From Mustelus asterias (taxonomy: Eukaryota): a stretch of DNA of 64,000 bases. The notes under the pieces are model-generated. The model saw nothing but the letters and a program-made list of their open reading frames with translations, was not told where the DNA came from and made no database searches. The stretch is from contig NC_135822.1 of the NCBI RefSeq assembly GCF_964213995.1, positions 63,488,001-63,552,000 on the forward strand, read 5' to 3'. A program made the position numbers and the translations under genes. The stretch's first letter is position 1. Every line of letters begins with the position of its first letter. Below are positions 53,664 to 64,000 of this stretch, piece by piece.

Positions 53664-53996
53664 CCGTGAACCTGTCCATCCTAATAAGGCATAAGCATAC
53701 TGGCCAAAGGGTGCAACAACCAGATCCACTCTCACAGCCTTCCAGTCCTTCTCCTTTGCTGCAGCAGTAGTTATGTGCTGAGTGGTGCCTGCATGGCTAG
53801 TCAGTCTAATTCCTCTAGGCTCATTCTCAGCCAAAGAGCCATTGCTGCAGGGTCTGCTCGGTTCTACATTGTTTACCATCTCCTTCTGCAGTTTGAAGAT
53901 CGAAAAACATTTTGCAAAGTGATCAAATATCTCAGGCTCCTGGTTTTTCCATTCGTGGTAACTGTTGTCTGTGATGTCGTCATACAATATTATACC
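53664..53996 (-). CDS. POLM: POLM exon 9, palm (GIILYDD...DHFAKCFSIFKL...WKAVRVDLVVAP...ALLGWTGSR)
   Basis: Third catalytic Asp in RVDL and the GW steric gate. ttttag| acceptor, CGG|gtaagt donor, 333 nt. Confidence 0.93.
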
Positions 53997-54638
53997 CTAA
54001 AATAATTGGAGAATAAACTTAATGATGAATATTTACTTCTTCCACAGGGTTTTTTCCTCTTTTAAAGGGTGACTGCATGAGAATTCTTGCATGTTGACAA
54101 GACATTTATTATGCAAGGGACTTAATGTTAAAAGGAACTAGATTAAGCAACAAAAATTGCAAAACCTTTGCCAACAAGGTTAAAGCACCACTTCTCTATT
54201 GTCTTGTTTTGACCAAAATTTCTTAAAATCTTCTCATTTTCAAACTCAAATTTCAAAATAGTCATGGATAAAGCAAATTGAAAACAATTGTCTGGATTTT
54301 GCAACAGGAAAAATAATGACTAAGAGTGAAACCCTCGGGGGGAAGTTCGGGAGCGGGGGAACCCCGATTACAGGCGTCCCTCAGGCAGGCACAGTGCATC
54401 CATGATGTTGGCGGAAGGAAATTCACGTCTCTGCAAATCCAACCAAACATGAGTGAAGTTGAAAAGCTGAATAAAAATTAGGTTTTCAGCCCCCTTGTCA
54501 TATTTAAAATGACACCCACTTCCTTTAACCGATTGGTTGCCTGCCCAATTTCCAGTTAAAGTTCTCAGTGGATTTTTAAAACTTAAACCCTCTATCTGAG
54601 CTAGACTCATCCTTTTTCCGTTAAAATTCTCTCCACAT

Positions 54639-55803
54639 TGTGATGACCTAGGTGCTGGGAAAAGCCAATAAATTATTTTGCACATAATGTCTGTCTAAGC
54701 CCAAAATGGATATTCTGAAAGTCAGTTAACTGGTTTCCTGATTATGAAACTGTTAGGATCCAAATGCCTAGGTGACTTTGGAAGACAAGAGAATGAACCG
54801 CTAAAGGGAAAGAACAATGTGAGAATGGATGCTTCTCTTAATGGTTTTGGGAAATATTCTGTTATTCTGTAAAGAAGGCTACATGTAAATGATTTAATTA
54901 AGATGGGTAAAGGTTACAAAAGTCAGGTTATCTGTGGGGGGAGGGCTAAGTTATGAAAGGATACAGGTGGCAGATTTGTGCATTTCTGATGAGATATTAT
55001 GGTGGGTTTGAGGTACAAGTAAATAGGTTGGATCGAACATTTAAATTTTAGATAAATTCAGAGTTTGTCTGAATATCAAAGGGAGGTCAGAGTTGACAAG
55101 AAAGAGTTTGCAAACCATTGGTAAATAGAAGAGGCTACATTCCATTTTACTGACCCGAAAGCACAGACAAAATAGAAACATGAACATTTTTTATATTTTG
55201 GAAAAGTTAAGTTCAAAGAAGTGTGGAGGAAAATAGAATCACAGATGAAAGGGAAAAACGATACACAAGAAGTGAAATTGAGAGGGTTTGTTGATGGTTG
55301 TGGGAAGACCTCCTGGACACGGCTCCAGACCGGGAGAAGTTACAGTTTTAATTAGCCATCCAGTCAAGCCAGAAAAGCAGTTTTATGCCCAAAGATATGC
55401 AGGTTAGGTGGACTGGCCTTGCTGAATTGCTCCTTAGGAGCCCAAGTTGTGTAGCTAAAGTGGATCAGGGGTTACGGGGATTGGGAAAGAATGGTGGGGT
55501 GGGGAGTATTGTGGGCCTGGGTGAGATGCTGAGTTGCTGCAGACTCAATGGGTCGAATGGCCTCCTTCTCAGGGATTCTACGTCTGAAAGTTTCTGATTT
55601 ACACAGCAGAGTGGAAACGGATTTGAGAGCTCACGTGGTATACTTTATTAAAGCAACAGCTGCTTTGCCTTGGGGAATATTACTCATTTTTTAGAATTAA
55701 AATAGATCAACATCAAGTGTTGCCTTGGTACTTTAAGTAGGGAATCTTTTTCAAGACTGATTTTAACTTGTGTAACTGTAATTTGTGTTTTATTTTCTTC
55801 TTA
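54639..55803 (+). mobile_element. Possible LTR remnant continuing after the CR1 (aataaa at about 58026)
   Basis: TGTGA start, AT-rich LTR-like body, AATAAA directly after the CR1 insertion. 3' end not defined. Confidence 0.35.
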
Positions 55804-56857
55804 GAACATAGAACAGTACAGCACAGTACAGGCCCTTTGGCCCTCAATGTTATGCCAAGCTTTGTCCGAAACCAAGATCAAGCTATCCCACTCCCTATCA
55901 TTCTAGTGTGCTCCATGTGCCTATCCAATAACCGCTTAAATGTTCCTAAAGTGTCCGACGCCACTATCACAGCAGGCAATCCATTCCACATCCCAACCAC
56001 TCTCTGCGTAAAGAACCTACCTCGGACATCCCTCCTATATCTCCCACCGTGAACCTTATAGTTATGCCCCCTCATAACAGCTACATCCACCCGAGGAAAT
56101 AGTCTCTGAACGTCCACTCTATCTATCCCCCTCATCATCTTATAAACCTCTATTAAGTCACCTCTCATCCTCCTCCACTCTAAAGAGAAAAGCCCTAGCT
56201 CCCTCAACCTTTCCTCATAAAACCTACCCTCCAAACCAAGCAGCATCCTGGTAAATCTCCTCTGCACTCCTTCCAATGCTTCCACATCCTTTTTATAGTG
56301 AGGTGACCAGAACTGCACACAATATTCCAAATGTGGTCTCACCAAGGTCCTGTACAGTTGCAGCATAACCCCACGGCTCTTAAACTCCAACCCCCTGTTA
56401 ATAAACGCTAACACACTATAGGTCTTCTTCACGGCTCTATCCACTTGAGTGGCAACCTTTAGAGATCTGTGGATATGAACCGCAAGATCTCTCTGTTCCT
56501 CCACATTCCTCAGAACCCTGCCGTTGACCCTGTAATCCACATTTAAATTTGTCCTACCAAAATGAATCACCTCGCACTTATCAGGGTTAAACTCCATCTG
56601 CCATTTTTCGGCCCAGCTCTGCATCCTATCTATGTCTCTTTGCAGCCTACAACAGCCCTCCACCTCATCCACTACTCCACCAATCTTGGCGTCATCAGCA
56701 AATTTACTGATCCACCCTTCAGCCCCCTCCTCCAAGTCATTGATAAAAATCACAAATAGCAGAGGACCCAGCACTGATCCCTGTGGTACACCGCTGGTAA
56801 CTGGTCTCCAGTCTGAAAATTTTCCATCCACCACCACCCTCTGTCTTCTATGAGATA

Positions 56858-57930
56858 TGATGTGGAGATGCCGGCGTTGGACTGGGGTAAACACAGTAAG
56901 AAGTTTAACAACACCAGGTTAAAGTCCAACAGGTTTATTTGGTAGCAAAAGCCACACAAGCTTTCGGAGCTCTAAGCCCCTTCTTCAGGTGAGTGGGAAT
57001 TCTGTTCACAAACAGAGCTTATAAAGACACAGACTCAATTTACATGAATAATGGTTGGAATGCGAATACTTACAACTAATCAAGTCTTTAAGAAACAAAA
57101 CAATGTGAGTGGAGAGAGCATCAAGACAGGCTAAAAAGATGTGTATCGTCTCCAGACAAGACAGCCAGTGAAACTCTGCAGGTCCACGCAACTGTGGGAG
57201 TTACAAATAGTGTGACATGAACCCAATATCCCGGTTGAGGCCGTCCTCGTGTGTGCGAAACTTGGCTATCAGTTTCTGCTCAGCGACTCTGCGCTGTCGT
57301 GTGTCGCGAAGGCCGCCTTGGAGAACGCTTACCCGAATATCAGAGGCCGAATGGCCGTGACCACTGAAGTGCTCCCCAACAGGAAGAGAACAGTCTTGCC
57401 TGGTGATTGACAATCACCAGGCAAGACTGTTCTCTTCCTGTTGGGGAGCACTTCAGTGGTCACGGCCATTCGGCCTCTGATATTCGGGTAAGCGTTCTCC
57501 AAGGCGGCCTTCGCGACACACGACAGCGCAGAGTCGCTGAGCAGAAACTGATAGCCAAGTTTCGCACACACGAGGACGGCCTCAACCGGGATATTGGGTT
57601 CATGTCACACTATTTGTAACTCCCACAGTTGCGTGGACCTGCAGAGTTTCACTGGCTGTCTTGTCTGGAGACGATACACATCTTTTTAGCCTGTCTTGAT
57701 GCTCTCTCCACTCACATTGTTTTGTTTCTTAAAGACTTGATTAGTTGTAAGTATTCGCATTCCAACCATTATTCATGTAAATTGAGTCTGTGTCTTTATA
57801 AGCTCTGTTTGTGAACAGAATTCCCACTCACCTGAAGAAGGGGCTTAGAGCTCCGAAAGCTTGTGTGGCTTTTGCTACCAAATAAACCTGTTGGACTTTA
57901 ACCTGGTGTTGTTAAACTTCTTACTGTGTT
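56858..57930. mobile_element. Penelope-like element, 5'-truncated inverted pair (520-bp arms, 1-nt spacer) with GIY-YIG C-terminus and hammerheads
   Basis: Mirror ORFs ...PVGEHFSGHGHS...AEQKLIAKFRTHEDGLNRD resemble the PLE GIY-YIG C-terminus. Centre ctggtgattg-a-caatcaccag at 57410. TSD (tt)ctatgagata at 56846-56857 and 57929-57940. Confidence 0.9.
57823..57868 (+). ncRNA. Minimal type I hammerhead ribozyme motif (mirror copy 56952-56997 on minus strand)
   Basis: cac-CUGAAGA-a-GGGGC-uuaga-GCUCC-GAAA-GC-UU-gug: conserved core, 5-bp stem II, palindromic AAGCUU in place of stem III. Confidence 0.8.
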
Positions 57931-58139
57931 CTATGAGATAGCCAGTTACTTATCCAATCGGCCAAATTTCCCTCTATCCCACAGCTCCTTACTTTCTTCA
58001 TGAGCCGACCATGGGGGACCTTCTTAATAAACCTTTTACTTCTAATTTTGAAAATTCTGATTTCTACTGAGATATGTACGCTTCTTTGTCTCATTCCACA
58101 CCCCCCCCCTCAACCTCACTGTATAAATCTGTTGACTCT

Positions 58140-58280
58140 CTTTGCTCTCAGCTCTGACAAAGGGTCAGCTGGACTCGCAATGTTGGTTGTATTCTCTCCC
58201 CACGGATGCTGTCAGACCTGCTGAGATTTTCCAGCATTGTCTGTTTCAGATTCCATCATCCACAGTATTTTGCTTTTATT
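58140..58280 (+). mobile_element. Older PLE terminal repeat with decayed hammerhead (relatives at 19860-20050, 34140-34450, 40525-40625)
   Basis: gctCTGACAAagggtc..gactcGCAAtgTT followed by gatgctgtcagacctgctgagattttccagcat. Confidence 0.6.
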
Positions 58281-58746
58281 TGTACTTTTCTTCTCTTTTT
58301 CAGAATCCCTCTAGGATTTGGTTTGCTCAGCAATTAACATCTGCTGTGGTCATAACAATATGTAGAAACCTAATTACAGTGGGGTGGAGTCAGCCAGTAT
58401 TTTCGGTTGGCAACTCGAAACAGAGGACTTGTTAAAAAGAAAACAAGCATGGTCCTTTCAAAGAATACTCAGATCTCTGAATCTCTACAGCTTGTGATAT
58501 GGTTAACTACGTCATGCTCTTTCATTGCTTCTTTGCCCATCTGAATGGAGCTGCCTTTGCTTGCTCTCATGATGCAGAGATACCAGAAATATTAAATGCT
58601 TTTGGACCAAAAAAATTCAGAACCGCACTCCCCAGAATTATGGCTAACACATTTCAGATCAGTTTTTGGAGTTACTTCCAAATTGTATAGATTCACAAGT
58701 CTAAAATATTAATTCTGGCAATGTCAAAGAGGCAATATCCAAATCA

Positions 58747-58893
<147 letters not shown>

Positions 58894-59622
58894 TTAAAAA
58901 AGTACTTTAATAGAAGTGGGAACATCTCTTCCTATGAAGGTATTGGAGAAATACAGTTTCAGAGAAAAAACTAAAATATGGTGGTGTTGTTTTCAAATGC
59001 ATTTCTTCAGGATTGAGTTAATGGAGTGCAGTGTTTGGTTCTCACCCCCAAGGCTGTTGGTTGACAAGCTGGTGACAAGGCAAGAAAAAGAAAGAAAGAA
59101 ACGAAAGATGTGCTTGAGCAGGCCTGCTACTGTCCAAAAGCAAGAGAAAAATTGAAACATGCAAAGAGGAAGCAAAATTGGTGAACCAAGTTCACAGTGT
59201 GAAATTGTTGAGCTCATGTTGAGTCCGACAAGCTACAGAAGGCCTCATCAAAACATAGACGCTGTTCCTCAAGTTTACATTTTGATTTGTGCAGCAGGGC
59301 AAGGTCAGGGATGGCTTTGTTAAAGCAAGGTGGAGAATTAAAATGACAGGGTTTGTTATCGGTGTGGGCTCGTTGGGCCGAATGGCCTCTTTCTGTACTG
59401 TAGGGATTCTATGATGTGACAATCCTCAACTCTACTTTCCTGCCTTACCCCCAAAACACTGATTAAAAATCTGCCTACCTCAACCTTGAACATACTTAAC
59501 AACCCAGTCTCTACAGGCCTGTGCAGTAAAGAATTGCACAGATTCACTAACCTTTGCTAACATAAATATTTGCTGAAGTTAACAGGACTAAATGGTATAT
59601 GCGAATGCTCCTGTGCTCTAAC

Positions 59623-59755
59623 CTTCGAAAGCCACCAGTTAATGTTACAACTGCAGCAGGTCGAAATCTGTGTACAGTGGCTTCAACAATTTGCCTGATC
59701 AAATCCGCCTCTGCCTTTGTAACTGGTTTGATAAGGTCTTCGTAATAGAGCAAGC
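59623..59755 (-). CDS. POLM: POLM exon 7 (LLYYEDLIKPV...VTLTGGFRR)
   Basis: TGGFRR nucleotidyltransferase motif. ttacag| acceptor, AG|gttaga donor, 133 nt. Confidence 0.92.
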
Positions 59756-61488
59756 CTGTAAAACAAAAAGGGATCATCACTTAACATTGCTGCCTCACAG
59801 CACCAGGGGCCCAGATTCAATTCCAGCCTGGGTGGCTGTCTGAGGAGTTTGCACGTTCTAAAACTTGGAGTTCAAACTATGTTGAAATGTCATTCAGTTC
59901 AAGTTTTCTTCAAGCAATGCCATAAAGACCTTTTGCAGCTACTGCTAACCTATGTGGTTGCTTGGCAGCACCAAAGAACACAGTTTCATTGCCAGGCATC
60001 CACATTACTGCAATAAACATAATATTTCAGAACAATGGGGTGTTTCAGACAATGTTTACAGAGTTGTCATCTGCCTTTTATCCACCTTTACTCCAAAAGT
60101 TCACTCCCTCACTGTACTAAATTTAAATTTTCATCCTTGTGTTTCTATCTCTCATAGCCTTGATGCTTTCTATCTCTAATTCCATCCTCTGAGAACCTTG
60201 TGTTCCTTCTATTCTGGTATCTTCTGCATTCCCGTTCCCTTTGTTACATCATTGGTATCTGTGGCTTCAGCTGTCTGGGCCATGTATTAGGAAATGCTTC
60301 CTTGAGCCTCTCTGCCTCTCCATCTTTTTGTCCTCTTAAGACCCTTCTTAAATTCACTTCCTTCACTAAGCTTTATTTACCCCTCCAAATGATATCTAAT
60401 TTTACTCTGGCTCAATTTCTACCTAATTAAACATCTCTAAAAATTCAGGGAAAACTTGACAGCTGATAACATCTGTTCCCAGGACGTCAAATGATCCACA
60501 AAAAGTGGTTCCTTATCATGACTCCTTGGTTGAGACATTTTGTAAATGAAAAGTTCTGCGGAAAAGTGGGAATTCTTGTTGCTGCCTCTTTGAAATAAAC
60601 CTCTGAATGAAAAACAAGTGCGACATCCAGACTTCACACTGTGACTCTGGGCAATTTAATTAGATGACTGATAGCCTGAGAGTAAAAGTTTCATCTTGTG
60701 CAGGTCAATAGCCATACAAAACTAGAATATTACACATTTTAATTACCAGATATGCTCAGTTAGCCAAACTCAATTTAAATAACAGTTGGGACACCACAAT
60801 AAATTGGTGTAATCACCCCTGTCCTTCTTTGAATTTTGGTAGTTCCCCAATCCCGAAAGCTATCATTTAAAAATCCTTGTCCTGGATAACAAATTCCTCA
60901 GCTCATTTCAACTTACTCCTGCAACCTCATCCAGCTCTACACTCCTCTATCCCACCTTGGGTGACAGTATTTCCAGATATGACAGACTTGACACTAGGAT
61001 TTATTAGCTTGTAACAACTCTCCCACCTTTAAAATCTGCATTAAAGACCTCATTCCAGCTTTCGCCACTAAACGTTCCCCTAATATTTGGTCAATTTCTG
61101 ATTTTTTTTCCCCCCTCAAAAGAAACACCTTGTGTATTACGATCGATTAAAGACACTATACAAGTGAAAATTCACAATCAACTCAGTGCGATAAAAAGTG
61201 TGGATACGTGATCAGGAAAGGACAGGGCTCTCAAAAATAATAGCAAACTAACACTCGCATTTAAGTTTAAGACTAGACACAGGCAAACAAAGCACAGTTG
61301 GCATGCACTGAACGATATGCTTGCAAAGATCACTCATTCTGAAAAAGCAGAAGTAAAATATATAAATGAGGCGAGAAGACAATGTGCGCCATGATCTCAA
61401 CCCCCGCTCCCATTCTGACCGAGAAACACAAGCGGCTTAAAAGGCAGCATATCAAATTACACTTAGGTTTTGTCCAAAACTTTATTAC

Positions 61489-61609
61489 CTGCTTCCTGCT
61501 CCTTTGAAAGTTTTATTTTTGATGATCTCAGTTCATCCAGTGTTCGCAGCCCCTCTCTGAACCACTTATCAGCTGTCTTCACACCAACACCAAAGATAGT
61601 TGTAAATTG
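61489..61609 (-). CDS. POLM: POLM exon 6, fingers HhH (QFTTIFGVGVKTADKWFREGLRTLDELR...QEAG)
   Basis: IFGVGVKTA..W.REGLRTL motif. ctgcag| acceptor, G|gtaata donor, 121 nt. Confidence 0.92.
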
Positions 61610-62330
61610 CTGCAGAACCAGGAATAAGGATTACAAACCATGATACCAGTTACTGACCTACTGTGTTTATAGAAACACAAACAGAAAAAAAGCTCTCGAG
61701 CAAAGTATTGTTATTTTCAAATAGATGTAATTAGTTGCAGTCCGTAAAGGTGCATAGGAATATCTATCCTTATGCGCGCACAAATATACAAAGCATAAGA
61801 AAAATGGGTAAGATGGGTATAGAGAGATATGGGCCAAATGCAGGCAATTGGGACGAGCTTCGGGGGTTAAAAAAAGGGCAACATGGACAAGTTGGGCCAA
61901 AAGGCCTGTTTCCATGCTGTAAACCTCTATGACTCTGACTATAAAAATGAGCAGTATACCATTTGAACGCTCAAGCCTGTTCTGCCATTCAATAAGATCA
62001 TGGCTGAAGGGATTGTGACCTCACCTCTACTTTCTTGACTACCTGCCCCATAAATATAGACTCCCTTGTGGATTAAAAATCATTGTCTAACTCAGCCTCC
62101 ACTGCTCAGACCTAAATTGTCACACTTGTTGTGATTACGTCCACAAGGTTGATGTAGTATAGAAATGATTCATTCCCATTACTTTGACGCAAGACAATCA
62201 CTCTTTCCATTCTGGTCAGGTTCACCCGATTTCCTCAGCATCCAATTTCTGACAGTATTTGAAACCTGCCAAGTTAATTTTTCAGTTTATTTCACATGTA
62301 TAGCAAAACATATCTGACACTAAGACCTAC

Positions 62331-62402
62331 CTTTCGTGTTTGAAAACTCTCACTTTGGATCAAATTCTGAACTTCACTGCAGGTTCCATCTTCAAGGATT
62401 TC
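62331..62402 (-). CDS. POLM: POLM exon 5 (EILEDGTCSEVQNLIQSESFQTRK)
   Basis: Hand-translated. ctgcag| acceptor, AAG|gtaggt donor, 72 nt. Confidence 0.9.
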
Positions 62403-62516
62403 CTGCAGCAAGGAAACTCATGTTTTTAAATTAAAGTGCTGCATCAACAACAATAATAATAATCCAGCAGTGTGTAACAAACAGCTGTTCTCCTGGTTAC
62501 CCAATAGAAAGCCTCA

Positions 62517-62717
<201 letters not shown>

Positions 62718-63184
62718 CTAGGCAAAATCAAGACAAGTCATCTCATCTCATCTATTTGGATCAGTCCATTTTGGTCTACACATTTCAACAGACCCAATTT
62801 CCACTAATTGTAAAGATTCCAAATTCATCCCAGGATTCTAAAAATAATCACAATCATTCCTATCTTACTTTGCATACATTTTGAGTCTTGAGCCAAGAAT
62901 TTTCTTCTTTCTCCCCTTCCAAGTCACAATTGAGACGAGACAGCATGTGTCAGCAGAGTAGAGAATCCTCACAGTCATGACCTAAACCTGTTTTCAACTA
63001 CATGCATTTTCTAACTGCGTCATCAATTATGAATATGTGCAGCAACCAGAACCAATTATGCCTCTAACCTAGGTTCGAGGCATAAGAAAGAGATCATCAG
63101 TTTGGGCATGACAAAGGGTCTGAATGACCAATATAAATGTATTCTTGAAGTTTGGGGATAGCAAAGGAGGGCTATGATTCTTAC

Positions 63185-63280
63185 CGTTAATAATCTGTTT
63201 TTGTTGTCCAGCGTGGTCCTTCTTTGACAGGCATACGGTGAAACAGGAACCACAATGGTACCAGCAGCAGCTCTTTTTAC
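63185..63280 (-). CDS. POLM: DNA polymerase mu, exon 3 (VKRAAAGTIVVPVSPYACQRRTTLDNKNRLLT)
   Basis: YACQR.T.L motif of Pol mu/TdT. ttttag| acceptor, ACG|gtaaga donor, 96 nt. Exon numbering by analogy to human. Confidence 0.85.
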
Positions 63281-63899
63281 CTAAAATCAAATATAAGTGG
63301 AAGTGTTTTGACTAATTCCAGCCATACACAAGAAAGCCTTATTCTTCCAAATGAGAATCAAAACAGCCACAAAGTAATGATGTGACAGTAGCGAAGTGGA
63401 ATTTCTCTGTGATGGAGGGAACTTTAAGATGACATGCCTCTGATGACAGACTGGAACACTACATGCAAACTCAGTAATTCTCACCAAGAGGCATGTCCAC
63501 AACATTTCAAAGCATAGTTGATGACTGTCCGGCCAGCTTTGCTCAAAACAGAAGCAGTAAGGCAGACCGAGGAACACTTAGAGATTCTTCCCACATGACT
63601 GCAGTAAAGTGCAAGACAATACCTAATGAATAGGGTGGTTTTCGGTAGACAAGCGGTTTGAAGCACGCCAGTTGTTTTAATTGGCAAACTGTCTATTTAC
63701 TTGGTTTGACTCCAGCAATATCACTGCTCACATTCAGCACCCCCTAGACTTGGGGGACAATTCTCCCTGCCCGTTGCGCTGCTCTAGCAGTGCAACGGGC
63801 CCGGAGACATCAGCAGAGGCTGTTTAGCAGGCTCCCCACTGGGTGCTGCGGCCTCCATGCTTCTCTGGGGCCAGGATTTTAGTGTAATCAGCTCCATGC

Positions 63900-64000
63900 C
63901 GGATATCGAGTTGGAGGGGAATTTGGCCACACAGTCAAATGTATAAGGAGTACAGTAGGGGGCTGAGGACACAGCCTTGTGGGGCACCGGTATTGAGGAT
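63900..64000 (-). mobile_element. Rex1/Babar RT fragment running off the window end
   Basis: Hand translation ILNTGAPQGCVLSPLLYSLYTFDCVAKFPSNSI. Confidence 0.8.

Larger units (their letters stand above)
55804..58020 (-). mobile_element. 5'-truncated CR1 LINE (different subfamily) interrupted by the PLE palindrome
   Basis: ORF 55878-56857 with GVPQGSVLGPLLF and KFADD. The frame resumes at 57931-58022 (KVPHGRLMKKVRSCGIEGNLADWISNWLSHR). TSD cttctta at 55797-55803 and 58020-58026. Confidence 0.93.

Noticed and set aside
57006-57814. Repeated small ORFs MRGPAEFHW... and MWRCRRWTGV...
   Set aside because: Incidental frames in the PLE 3' UTR and tail; they recur only because the element is multicopy.

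Overview
Eukaryotic, repeat-rich vertebrate DNA. The tRNA-SINE, CR1, Rex1 and Penelope repertoire points to a cartilaginous fish (inference). It holds two minus-strand spliced genes reconstructed by hand from GT-AG junctions: a complete NUDCD3 (6 coding exons, 38012 to 17415, 361 aa, CpG-island promoter) and exons 3-11 of a family-X polymerase best called POLM (63280 to 49301; the BRCT exons lie beyond the window). The remainder is mostly mobile-element debris: CR1, L2 and Rex1 LINEs, SINEs, a decayed Gypsy-type element, solo LTRs, MITEs and a 5S rRNA pseudogene. The most striking signal is a recently active Penelope-like element (PLE) family with at least 7 insertions. It carries a minimal hammerhead ribozyme showing covariation between two subfamilies and builds inverted structures, including an apparently perfect 1041-bp palindrome in POLM intron 8. 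It also landed at the same nucleotide of the RT gene in two different CR1 subfamilies, and in one of them an inverted pair replaces a large internal deletion. Separately, the POLM protein carries TdT-type residues at the motif that limits terminal transferase activity in human Pol mu. Repeat boundaries are approximate, comparisons with human proteins are from memory, and no database searches were run.
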